A DNA stretch of 64,000 nucleotides from an uncultured bacterium (GTDB taxonomy: Bacteria > Acidobacteriota > HRBIN11 > JAKEFK01), in the NCBI GenBank assembly GCA_963777505.1, contig CAVZQN010000004.1:320001-384000 (forward strand). Direction: 5' to 3'. Below the pieces are notes generated by a model, which saw only the letters and a program-made list of their open reading frames with translations, was not told the DNA's origin and did no database searches. This document shows positions 1-8,022 of the stretch, in pieces. Every line of letters begins with the position of its first letter. Positions within the stretch are counted from its first letter, which is position 1. The position numbers and the translations under genes were made by a program.

Positions 1-364
1 GTCGAGTTACCCAGGCATCATGCATTGCAAAAGACGGAAGATATCGGATTACAGGCGAATCCCATTCAATTTTCTTTTCATCGACAAGTAAGCCGAGTGC
101 AACCGCTGTAAAGACTTTTGTGTTGGATGCAATTCCGAAAAGTGTTTGTGCATCTACCAAATCTGTTGACCCGATTTTTCGTACGCCATAACCTTTGGCC
201 ACAACTACCTTTCCGTCTTTCACGATGGCCAGACTCAACCCGGGCACTTCGAAGGTCGTCATCGAACGTCCGACTAACGAATCCAAATCGGAAGGAGAGA
301 GTGCAAGATTAAAAACTAGCGTGAATATAAGAAGAAGAAAAAGTAAGTGGTAGCGTATTTTCAT
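1..364 (-). CDS. Serine hydrolase, beta-lactamase/AmpC-like family (5' part; runs off window start)
   Basis: Manual translation from ATG 364: MKIRYHLLFLLLIFTLVFNLA (signal peptide)...FEVPGLSLAIVKDGKVVVAKGYG...TLFGIASNTKVFTAVALGLLVDEKKIEWDSPVIRYLP; SxxK motif (SNTK). Not in ORF track because it lacks a stop in the window. Confidence 0.9.
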   Translation of the reverse strand, partial: MKIRYHLLFLLLIFTLVFNLALSPSDLDSLVGRSMTTFEVPGLSLAIVKDGKVVVAKGYGVRKIGSTDLVDAQTLFGIASNTKVFTAVALGLLVDEKKIEWDSPVIRYLPSFAMHDAWVTR

Positions 365-371
365 TCAACAA

Positions 372-412
372 TTATAAGTGAATCGGCCTGAGTGGATTGC
401 TAGGGGTTAGGC
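372..412 (+). other. Left boundary att-like site of the cassette array (core GTTAGGC 406-412, not followed by a full attC on the cassette strand)
   Basis: FkbM stop codon lies inside GCCTAAC (minus strand), complementary to the GTTAGGC that opens the same cassette at 1215-1209; no L''/L' arms follow. Confidence 0.45.
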
Positions 413-1192
413 GTTCTTGGCATCAACAAGGCGAGCCTGTCCGTATTGTGCGAGGACGTCTTGTTGGCCAGAGAGCGGCACTGCTCGAAGACCATGCAGG
501 CGCAACAGGTCTTCAAGTTGTTCGCGAGAGTGACCGGACCAGGACCACGCGTCAGGATGGAGTTCGACAAGGATCAGGGGAAGCGGCTTAAGCCGCAGTA
601 TTGAGCCGGCCCCGAGCAGTGCCCCTATCTCCCAGCCCTCGATATCCATGACGACACACTTCGGCGGCGCGGGTCGGTTAGCTATGAACTCATCTAGAGT
701 AGTTACGGGCACTGGAATGCTACGAGTTCGCGGAAGAAGCGGATTGGGCTTATTGGGGCGCGCCATTGGATTTGCACCGGCGATAAACAGGTCTGCGGTG
801 CCTGGATGTTGCCCAATGGCAGCTTGTACTAGCTCAACTCTGTCGGTGTATTCGTTGAGAGCGACGTTTCGGCGGAGGAGAGCAAGCGCTTCCGGATTGG
901 GCTCGAAGGCGATAACCCTGCCGTTGGGCCCTACTAGCCTGCCAAGTTGGAGCACATGTATGCCCACGTTTGCCCCAACGTTCCAGCACTCATCGCCGCT
1001 TCGTACAGTCTCTAGCAAGCAAGCCGTAACGCCAGGATCATAGGAGGCTAGAAAATAGGGTCGCGTACGCGCATCGACGCGCATCTTGACACCGTTCACG
1101 GTTGTCGGAACACCGCGGTTTAAGGTCAGCACCGTGAGGCCTATATCACGCACCGGACGAAGCAAGTTTCTCAACGCTGTTGTGATGGTCAC
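407..1192 (-). CDS. FkbM family SAM-dependent methyltransferase (gene cassette)
   Basis: WNVGANVG, VIAFEPNP, VMDIEGWE, ILVELHP motifs; visibly more GC-rich than flanks; bounded by GTTAGGC...GCCTAAC. Confidence 0.9.
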   Translation of the reverse strand: MTITTALRNLLRPVRDIGLTVLTLNRGVPTTVNGVKMRVDARTRPYFLASYDPGVTACLLETVRSGDECWNVGANVGIHVLQLGRLVGPNGRVIAFEPNPEALALLRRNVALNEYTDRVELVQAAIGQHPGTADLFIAGANPMARPNKPNPLLPRTRSIPVPVTTLDEFIANRPAPPKCVVMDIEGWEIGALLGAGSILRLKPLPLILVELHPDAWSWSGHSREQLEDLLRLHGLRAVPLSGQQDVLAQYGQARLVDAKNA

Positions 1193-1208
1193 GATCGGCT
1201 CCCGAAAC

Positions 1209-1382
1209 GCCTAACGCCGGAGTTCAACTGCGCCGAATGAAGGCGCATGTTTTGCTAAGCTTGATTCCAACACAAAGATGATAGCCGATTTATATTTTGT
1301 TTTTCAAAATTGGATTTTAGCGGATTGCAAAGCGGGACCTGAAGAAGCGCAGGAGGCGTCGGGCCGCAATGACTTGCTCGGC
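1209..1382 (-). other. attC site (long, degenerate R'')
   Basis: Minus strand GCCGAGC-AAGTC-ATTGCGGCCCGACGCC...GGCGCAGTTGAA-CTCCGGC-GTTAGGC with AT-rich centre; lies between two co-oriented ORFs. Confidence 0.7.
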
Positions 1383-1392
1383 GCGAATATAC

Positions 1393-1782
1393 TTACGTAT
1401 TGCCCGCACCGCGTTTAGTCCAAGTACGCGGAAATCTAACACTATCTCTTTCAAGAGTGTGGGGACGGCGAACAAGTTCGGTTACTATCGGTTGCTTTGG
1501 TAAGCAGCAAACTTTGAATTTTCGTCCAGATTTACAAGGACAGGGATCATTCCTTCCAACCTCGTTTTTGTCGGCAACCTCTTTTCTTAATGATCGACGC
1601 TTACGACTAGGTTCCTTTTTCTTGCCTTTACAGCCGTAAGTACTGCACTTTTCATATTCTGTCCAACAATTAGTATGGTAAAGAGCATGACATCTTACGC
1701 ATCGGTTGGTTTGTGTCTTAGCATCAATAGCTGAACGACAATACGGGCATTTAATCGGGGACTGTTTGCTTTTGGATTTCAC
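1393..1782 (-). CDS. Prokaryotic RING-finger-like Zn domain plus SEC-C motif protein (gene cassette)
   Basis: CPYC...CVRC..YHTNCW....C...GC followed by VGRNDPCPCKSGRKFKVCC. Confidence 0.8.
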   Translation of the reverse strand: MKSKSKQSPIKCPYCRSAIDAKTQTNRCVRCHALYHTNCWTEYEKCSTYGCKGKKKEPSRKRRSLRKEVADKNEVGRNDPCPCKSGRKFKVCCLPKQPIVTELVRRPHTLERDSVRFPRTWTKRGAGNT

Positions 1783-1797
1783 AATAATTTATGAGCC

Positions 1798-1842
1798 GTG
1801 AAAGCTCGGAGTTCAGCGTGTCCGCTGCAATTTTTGTAAGGC
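1798..1842 (-). other. Short, decayed attC site
   Basis: Minus strand GCCTTAC-AAAAA-TTGCAGCG-GACA-CGCTGAA-CTCCGAG-CTTT; L''/L' pair with an extra G, both R boxes are degenerate. Confidence 0.55.
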
Positions 1843-1860
1843 GAACTCATAAAACTATTT

Positions 1861-2115
1861 TCAAAATAATAATCGAAGGATTCGATAAATAGCATAGACC
1901 AAAAAGGCTACGTATGGGGGAATAACAACAATTGAAATAGCCACAATTACGAAAAGCTGAAATCGATCGGTCCAAGGCTGCGCAACTACCACATTGGAAA
2001 GAGGCATCCGATCATTCGTCGTTTTGTTTACTGATTCAAGACCAGCATTTTCAAAAACCCGACGCGAATCTTGAACCTCTTGAGCCAATTCAATTGAATT
2101 TAGCTTTTGTTTCAT
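1861..2115 (-). CDS. Small hypothetical membrane protein (gene cassette)
   Basis: ATG 2115 just after attC R'; C-terminal hydrophobic segment FQLFVIVAISIVVIPPYVAFLVYAIY. Confidence 0.65.
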   Translation of the reverse strand: MKQKLNSIELAQEVQDSRRVFENAGLESVNKTTNDRMPLSNVVVAQPWTDRFQLFVIVAISIVVIPPYVAFLVYAIYRILRLLF

Positions 2116-2123
2116 ATAAGTGC

Positions 2124-2210
2124 GCCCCAACGCTGGAATTCACCGGCGCGAATCCGCGGATGAGCGAAGCGAAGACGCGGTGAGCGTCCGGTGGAACTGA
2201 GTTGTAGGGC
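2124..2210 (-). other. attC site
   Basis: Minus strand GCCCTAC-AACTCAG-TTC[C]ACCGG[A]CG...CGCCGGTGAA-TTCCAGC-GTTGGGGC; arms pair with two extrahelical bases as in canonical attC. Confidence 0.8.
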
Positions 2211-2218
2211 TTGCGTCA

Positions 2219-2909
2219 TTACTCAAACCATAGCCGCCCACGATTTTTTTTCCGTAAAATACCACGATCATCAAAACCAAGATAGAAACCGTATGCTGCA
2301 CATGATTCACATGGGCGTTCTTCAGGTACTTGGCTATATTGCAACTCAAAACCTCCTTTTATGAACTGGCCATGTTTAGGAGGGCCGCTTGAAGATAGAA
2401 CTTGCCAATACGAATCTCCAACGTTCAATGATGAATATTGCGTTTTGGTCATTGGACCTTGACACCAACTATCATCACCTGGCGACACCCTGGCATTCTT
2501 TCTAAAGCTGCGCGATGCGGTCAAAATCGTTACTATTTTCATAGCACGCCTTATAATTTGCCGCATGTTCGGGATACTCATCGTGTGATTGCGTCACTAC
2601 ACTTAGTATTAGGCAGCCCTTTTCGGACGAACCTTCAAGTGCAAGAGAGATATTTGTATTTGCAAGGCCATCTCGTTCTGAAACAGTCTTTCCTTCAGCC
2701 CATTTGCCAACGACAAACGTAAAACCAATGTCATAAGTTAGCCTTGCTCCTGAATTTGTGTCGAAGTAAAAGCCGCAGGAGGAATCTATACAATCTTCGG
2801 GCAAGTACACCCACCCTTCTGGTAAGTTGTCCAAGTGTCCTTGACATGATGCGGCGATGAGAATCTCGCTTAGCAAAAGCATTATGGGAATCAAGAAGAA
2901 CTTAGTCAT
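2219..2909 (-). CDS. Hypothetical exported Cys-containing protein (first cassette), frameshift near 2505
   Basis: ORF 2502-2909 has a signal-like N-terminus; overlapping ORF 2219-2581 continues to just before the attC. Confidence 0.6.
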
Positions 2910-2928
2910 ATTGAATTTTGTTACGCAA

Positions 2929-3018
2929 GTTCAACTACTGATTATACGGCAAGTGGCCGTATAACACGTTGATAAGTGTGATTAGACGGCAAATTGCATT
3001 CTAATTCTATTATACGTA
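2929..3018 (-). other. attI-like site
   Basis: Core GTTGAAC (minus, 2935-2929) 20 nt upstream of first cassette ATG; adjacent inverted repeat TTATACGGC-N5-GCCGTATAA (2942-2964) and direct repeats GATTATACGGCAA (2940)/GATTAGACGGCAA (2980). Confidence 0.6.
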
Positions 3019-3081
3019 AGGAAGGAGATAGCCGAATTACATTTGGTTTTGGAAACTCTGTATTGGTAAAAAAGCGCAGAG

Positions 3082-3129
3082 AAAAATAAAAAGGTGCGTT
3101 CCACCTTATGAAACTTATTTCATAAGGTG
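3082..3129 (-). terminator. Intrinsic terminator after DUF1761 gene
   Basis: CACCTTATGAAA-CTTA-TTTCATAAGGTG 12-bp stem (3102-3129) with T-rich run downstream on minus strand. Confidence 0.55.
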
Positions 3130-3142
3130 AAACCATGAAACG

Positions 3143-3544
3143 TTAGCGCCAGGCTCCCAGGATTGCGCCCATGATCGTAAAGGCAACTGCTTGATAACCG
3201 CCATTTACCAAAATGTAAGTCCAGGAGCGATTTTCGAATAATGCGATAACACCGAAGGACAATGCAACCCAGCCAAGTCCTGCGAGTGCGCCGGCTGTTG
3301 CACCCCAGGCAAGATCCGTTTTACCGTCGGACAAAAAGAACGCAAGATTCAACGCCATAATTAAAGTCAAAACAAATGAGATTCCGAAAATCTTTCCGCG
3401 ATTAAATTTTGAAACTTCTTCCGCAGTAAAGCCGTTCACGCGCATCCATACCTTTTCAAACAACAAAGGTGAATACCACAATCCACCCAGGACAAAACTA
3501 GAAACTGCTGCAACGACTACAGCCAAATAATTAATCTGAGGCAT
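3143..3544 (-). CDS. DUF1761 family membrane protein
   Basis: INYLAVVVAAVSSFVLGGLWYSPLLF...W; FENRSWTYILVNGGYQ; 4 TM segments; AGGAGG RBS before ATG 3544. Confidence 0.85.
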   Translation of the reverse strand: MPQINYLAVVVAAVSSFVLGGLWYSPLLFEKVWMRVNGFTAEEVSKFNRGKIFGISFVLTLIMALNLAFFLSDGKTDLAWGATAGALAGLGWVALSFGVIALFENRSWTYILVNGGYQAVAFTIMGAILGAWR

Positions 3545-3605
3545 ACCCGATTCCTCCTTTACATTCATCCTTTCAACATTGTTTGAGTTTTCTTTAAGGT
3601 TCGAA

Positions 3606-3635
3606 GTAGCGGGCGGGTCTTAGACCCGCCCCTAC
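3606..3635. repeat. GTAG-type REP palindrome
   Basis: GTAG-C-GGGCGGGTCT-T-AGACCCGCCC-CTAC; the same core recurs at 32803-32876. Confidence 0.75.
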
Positions 3636-3658
3636 AACGATGTAAGATAGGAGGAACC

Positions 3659-4639
3659 ATGGGAAAATTACTCTGCGGCTTGATTGCTATTCTCTTCTTT
3701 CTTTCTGCTCATGCAGATCAGAATTTGAGCCCATATGGTTCATCAAAACCTGTACCTGTGCCTGAAGTGTTTGCTCCTGGGGTTATTTCTCAAGGGGATC
3801 ACGAATCTCATCCTTCGTTTACTCCTGATGGATCCGAACTTTATTTCCTCAAAAACATGCCTGACTTCAGCTTCTGGACGATTGTCGTATCTTTATATAA
3901 AAATGGCCGATGGAGTGAGCCTGAGGTCGCACCGTTTTCTGGTCAATATTCAGATGCTGATCCTTTCATAACTGCAAATGGCAAACGGCTTTACTTTATT
4001 TCAAATCGTCCATTGAAGAATGTGAAAAAGGAAGATCTTGATATCTGGTACGTGGATCGAACTTCAACCGGCTGGAGCGAACCGCAAAATCCGGGAGCCC
4101 CGATTAATAGTGATGGCAATGAATGGTATCCAACGATCGCTTCAGATGGAACAATCTACTTTGGTTCGGATAGAAAAGGTGGCATCGGTAAGACCGATAT
4201 ATATCGGTGCAAATTCACAAACGGAAAATATGAAAAAGAAGAAAATCTTGGAGAGCCAGTCAATTCTAAATATGATGAATACGAACCCTGGATTTCACCG
4301 GATCAAAAGTTCCTCTTTATCATGGCAGGCAGACCGGAAGGGAAAGGAGCATTTGATCTCTATATTAGCTATAACAAAGATGGTACATGGACGACTCCGA
4401 CCAATTTAGGTGATGCTATCAATTCACCAGGGTATGAATTTTCACCACAAATTTCACCCGATGGTAAATATTTCTTTTTTACAAGCTCAAAAGGATTCAA
4501 TGCACCATCTTTTTCAAGTCGTTTGAATTATTCTGAATTAATGCAAAAACTAAGAGGTCCAGGAAATGGTTTGGGCGACATTTACTTCGTAGATTTGTCG
4601 GCAATAAAATTACAACACCTTAGAATTAGTAATTTTTGA
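3659..4639 (+). CDS. Secreted PD40/TolB-like beta-propeller protein
   Basis: Signal peptide; repeats PSFTPDG, PFITANG, PTIASDG, PWISPDQ, PQISPDG. Confidence 0.85.
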   Translation: MGKLLCGLIAILFFLSAHADQNLSPYGSSKPVPVPEVFAPGVISQGDHESHPSFTPDGSELYFLKNMPDFSFWTIVVSLYKNGRWSEPEVAPFSGQYSDADPFITANGKRLYFISNRPLKNVKKEDLDIWYVDRTSTGWSEPQNPGAPINSDGNEWYPTIASDGTIYFGSDRKGGIGKTDIYRCKFTNGKYEKEENLGEPVNSKYDEYEPWISPDQKFLFIMAGRPEGKGAFDLYISYNKDGTWTTPTNLGDAINSPGYEFSPQISPDGKYFFFTSSKGFNAPSFSSRLNYSELMQKLRGPGNGLGDIYFVDLSAIKLQHLRISNF

Positions 4640-4680
4640 TAAAGCGAACTAAAATAGCGGAAAAAATGAGCGGGGGCTCA

Positions 4681-6423
4681 ATGCCAGAAAATCGGCAGAA
4701 AAAGATCCTGATTGTAGACGATAGTGAACCAATTCGAACCAGTCTTGCGGCGATGCTTTCGGCTGAAAATTATGAAGCGATTGTTGCAGAAAATGGACTC
4801 GTTGCTGTTGAACTTGCGCGCAGAGAGCTTCCAGATCTTATCCTCTGCGATGTGCAGATGCCGGAGCTTGATGGTTATGGTGTTTTAAATCAGCTTAGAA
4901 ATGAAGCAGCCACGGCCTCAATCCCATTTGTTTTTCTAACGGGTCGTGGCGAAAAAGATCAAGTTCGTGAAGGAATGAATCTAGGCGCCGATGACTATCT
5001 GACGAAGCCGTTTAAGCGTGATGAACTGGTGCGTACTGTGAACGCCCGGCTCGCGCGAAGGGCGATTATTGAAGACCGATATGCAGCCGAAATTCGAATT
5101 GCCGAAGAAAAGCTGAATCAACTCATCCACTTTGATGCACTCACAGGCCTTCCTAATCAGATGCTCCTCCGCGAAAAATTTAATCAACTTCTGGATCAGA
5201 AAGACGAAACGAAAAAAGTTGCGATTCTTTTAGTCGGTGTCGATCGTTTTAAGCGTGTTAATGAATCGCTCGGAAATTCATTTGCAGACATTCTTTTGAA
5301 ATTTGTTGCCGAGCGTCTCGTGACGCACTCCTCCGGACGATTTCCGGTAGCTCGTCTGTCAGGAGATCAGTTCGCTTTCCTGTTAACAGACTTTGACAAA
5401 GAAGGTATTGAGGCTCTTGGAAACGAAATCCTTGAAACGATTGCCCGTCCGTTTACGCTGGAAACTCATCAGGTATTTTTGACAGCGAGTGCTGGCGTTT
5501 CAATTTATCCGGAACACAGTTCAGAAATTGATAAATTGATTAAGAATGCCGAAATGGCTATGTACTCTGCAAAGCGTCAAGGTGGAAATCTGCTTCAAAT
5601 CTATCACGATGAACACAACAAAGTTGTTTCGCGCAAAATCGATCTTGAAGCAGGAGTCCGGCGGGCGCTTGATAATGAGGAACTGCTGGTTTATTACCAA
5701 CCGCAAGTCAATTTAACATCAGGGAAAATTGTCGGCGCAGAAGCATTAATGCGCTGGAAGCATCCACAAGAAGGATTTATTCCGCCTTCCGAATTTATTC
5801 CGATCATGGAAGAAAACGGGCTTATCTTTTCAGCTGGAGAATGGATTCTTTCGGAAGCATGCAAACAGGCTCGCATCTGGCGAGCAAAAGGCTTCTCCAC
5901 TTTCCGGGTCTCTGTAAATTTATCTCCGCGCCAGTTCAACGAACCGAAACTTTTACAAAAATTGGAACAAGTCTTAAAAAATACCGGTCTGTTATCGGAA
6001 TTATTAGAAATCGAATTGACTGAAAGCAGTATTGTTAAAGATTCAGTAGCTACGGCTAAAACTTTGAATGAACTGAAAGCGATGGGTATCCGAATTTCAA
6101 TGGATGACTTCGGAACGGGATATTCATCCTTGTACTACTTCAGGCAATTTCCGTTCGATAGCGTTAAAATTGATCAATCATTCATTCGCGATGTCGCTAA
6201 TAATTCTAAGAATGCCGCTATCACGTTGTCGATTATTCAGATGGCGCATAACCTTAAATTAAATGTAATTGCGGAAGGAGTAGAGACTTTTACCGAGTTA
6301 TTCTTTTTGTATCTCCATCATTGTCAGGAAATGCAGGGTTATATGTTCAGTCCGCCTCTGCCTGCTGAAGAATTTGGAAAATTGTTAGCGAGCGGTAAAA
6401 CTCTACAGATTCATCGTCGCTAA
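4681..6423 (+). CDS. REC-GGDEF(degenerate)-EAL response regulator, probable c-di-GMP phosphodiesterase
   Basis: ILIVDD/DLILCD/KPF receiver; SGDQF in place of GGDEF; intact EAL, DDFGTGYSS, AEGVE. Confidence 0.92.
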   Translation: MPENRQKKILIVDDSEPIRTSLAAMLSAENYEAIVAENGLVAVELARRELPDLILCDVQMPELDGYGVLNQLRNEAATASIPFVFLTGRGEKDQVREGMNLGADDYLTKPFKRDELVRTVNARLARRAIIEDRYAAEIRIAEEKLNQLIHFDALTGLPNQMLLREKFNQLLDQKDETKKVAILLVGVDRFKRVNESLGNSFADILLKFVAERLVTHSSGRFPVARLSGDQFAFLLTDFDKEGIEALGNEILETIARPFTLETHQVFLTASAGVSIYPEHSSEIDKLIKNAEMAMYSAKRQGGNLLQIYHDEHNKVVSRKIDLEAGVRRALDNEELLVYYQPQVNLTSGKIVGAEALMRWKHPQEGFIPPSEFIPIMEENGLIFSAGEWILSEACKQARIWRAKGFSTFRVSVNLSPRQFNEPKLLQKLEQVLKNTGLLSELLEIELTESSIVKDSVATAKTLNELKAMGIRISMDDFGTGYSSLYYFRQFPFDSVKIDQSFIRDVANNSKNAAITLSIIQMAHNLKLNVIAEGVETFTELFFLYLHHCQEMQGYMFSPPLPAEEFGKLLASGKTLQIHRR

Positions 6424-6471
6424 CTTCGCATCTTTGTGTCTTTACGGTTAAAATTCATAAAGGAGATCAAT

Positions 6472-7959
6472 ATGAAACGATCAATGGTGATCATTGCAAT
6501 TTTGTATTTATTTGCAGCTTACTGCCATGCTTCGGAGGAATTAGGAAACATTGATTTTAAGACTTCCGGATCACCTGAAGCACAAAAGGAATTTTTGCGA
6601 GGCGTCCTTTTTCTTCATAGCTTTGAGTATCCTGATGCTCTTTCTGCATTTCAAAAAGCGCAGCAGATCCAGCCTGAATTCGCGATGGCTTACTGGGGCG
6701 AGGCGATGACGCATAATCATCCAATCTGGAATGAACGCGATCGTGCAAGCGCTATTGCTGCTTTAAACAAACTGGCTCCAACACCAGAGCAAAGATTGCA
6801 GAAGACTCCCACTGAAAAAGAAAAAGATTGGATGAACGCAGTCGATATTCTTTTTGAAGACGGAGAAAAGAAGCAAAGAGATGTTGCGTATGCGAACGCG
6901 ATGGAGAAAATCTACAAAAAATATCCTGACGATTTGGAAGCTGCAAGTTTCTATTCCCTTGCGCTGCTTGGTTCCTGTGGAAATGTCAGAGAGTTTCCTG
7001 TTTATATGAAGGCAGCTGCAGTTGTTGAAGAAGTGTTCGCAAAGAATCCAAAACATCCCGGTGCTGCTCATTATCTTATTCATTCCTATGATGATCCAAC
7101 ACATGCGCCGCTTGGACTTCGCGCCGCGCGTGAATACGCTAAGATCGCTCCTGATGCTGTCCATGCGCTCCATATGCCTTCGCATATTTTTCTGGCTCTT
7201 GGAATGTGGGATGAAGTCGAGTCTTCCAATCAAGCATCATGGAAGGCTTCGAAAGAAACAAGCTATCATGCCGCATACTGGCTGCAATACTCATTTTTGC
7301 AGAAAGGTAGATTCGAGGAAGCCTTGAAGTTGTTTAAACAAGTGGAAGCAGATTCAGATAAAGCACCTGGAGCATATGGCCGCGCTCGATGGCATCTTTC
7401 TGCAATGCGCGCTGCCTATGTAATTGAAAGTCAAACGTCATTTTTTCAACTTGCGAAATCACCTGTAAAACCTCATGCCGATTCCATGACTGTAGATATT
7501 GCTGACATATTTGCGGCAGGATGGTCAGCTATACGCGAAAAAAAGATTGACGATGCGATCGTCTATCATAAACAAATCGAGGATGCATTAACTTTGGAAA
7601 CGAAAAAATCCGGGAGTCAGGATTGCAAAGCGCATTCAAGTGACATGAGTCCTGCGGAACTTCAAGCGGCTCAGATTATGGAACTTGAGCTTCATGCTTT
7701 GATTCTGAATGCACAAGGTAAGAAAGAGAATGCTTTTCGTTTGATGAAAGAAGCGACTGCTAAAGAAGACGCGATGACTTTCGAATTTGGTCCTCCGATG
7801 CCTGTGAAACCATCACATGAATTGTTAGCTGAGATGTTGTTAGAGTCAGACCGCTTCCAGGAAGCTCAGCAAGAATTTGAATTAGCATTGTTGCGCGCCC
7901 CGCGCCGAAGTATTTCTATGGCCGGACTTGCCAAAGCTTCAGAAAAAGCCGCGGATTAA
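6472..7959 (+). CDS. Secreted TPR-repeat protein with His-rich motifs
   Basis: Signal peptide; LHSFEY, HPGAAHYLIHSYD, HALHMPSHIF; helical repeats. Confidence 0.8.
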   Translation: MKRSMVIIAILYLFAAYCHASEELGNIDFKTSGSPEAQKEFLRGVLFLHSFEYPDALSAFQKAQQIQPEFAMAYWGEAMTHNHPIWNERDRASAIAALNKLAPTPEQRLQKTPTEKEKDWMNAVDILFEDGEKKQRDVAYANAMEKIYKKYPDDLEAASFYSLALLGSCGNVREFPVYMKAAAVVEEVFAKNPKHPGAAHYLIHSYDDPTHAPLGLRAAREYAKIAPDAVHALHMPSHIFLALGMWDEVESSNQASWKASKETSYHAAYWLQYSFLQKGRFEEALKLFKQVEADSDKAPGAYGRARWHLSAMRAAYVIESQTSFFQLAKSPVKPHADSMTVDIADIFAAGWSAIREKKIDDAIVYHKQIEDALTLETKKSGSQDCKAHSSDMSPAELQAAQIMELELHALILNAQGKKENAFRLMKEATAKEDAMTFEFGPPMPVKPSHELLAEMLLESDRFQEAQQEFELALLRAPRRSISMAGLAKASEKAAD

Positions 7960-8022
7960 CACTTAGCGTCTCTGCTGTTCCATCCTCTACCCTCCATTTC
8001 CTGACGGTGGTATCATGCACGC

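Noticed and set aside
2942-3136. 64-aa ORF as a possible integrase remnant next to the attI-like site
   Set aside because: No tyrosine-recombinase motifs; it overlaps the att repeats and a terminator.
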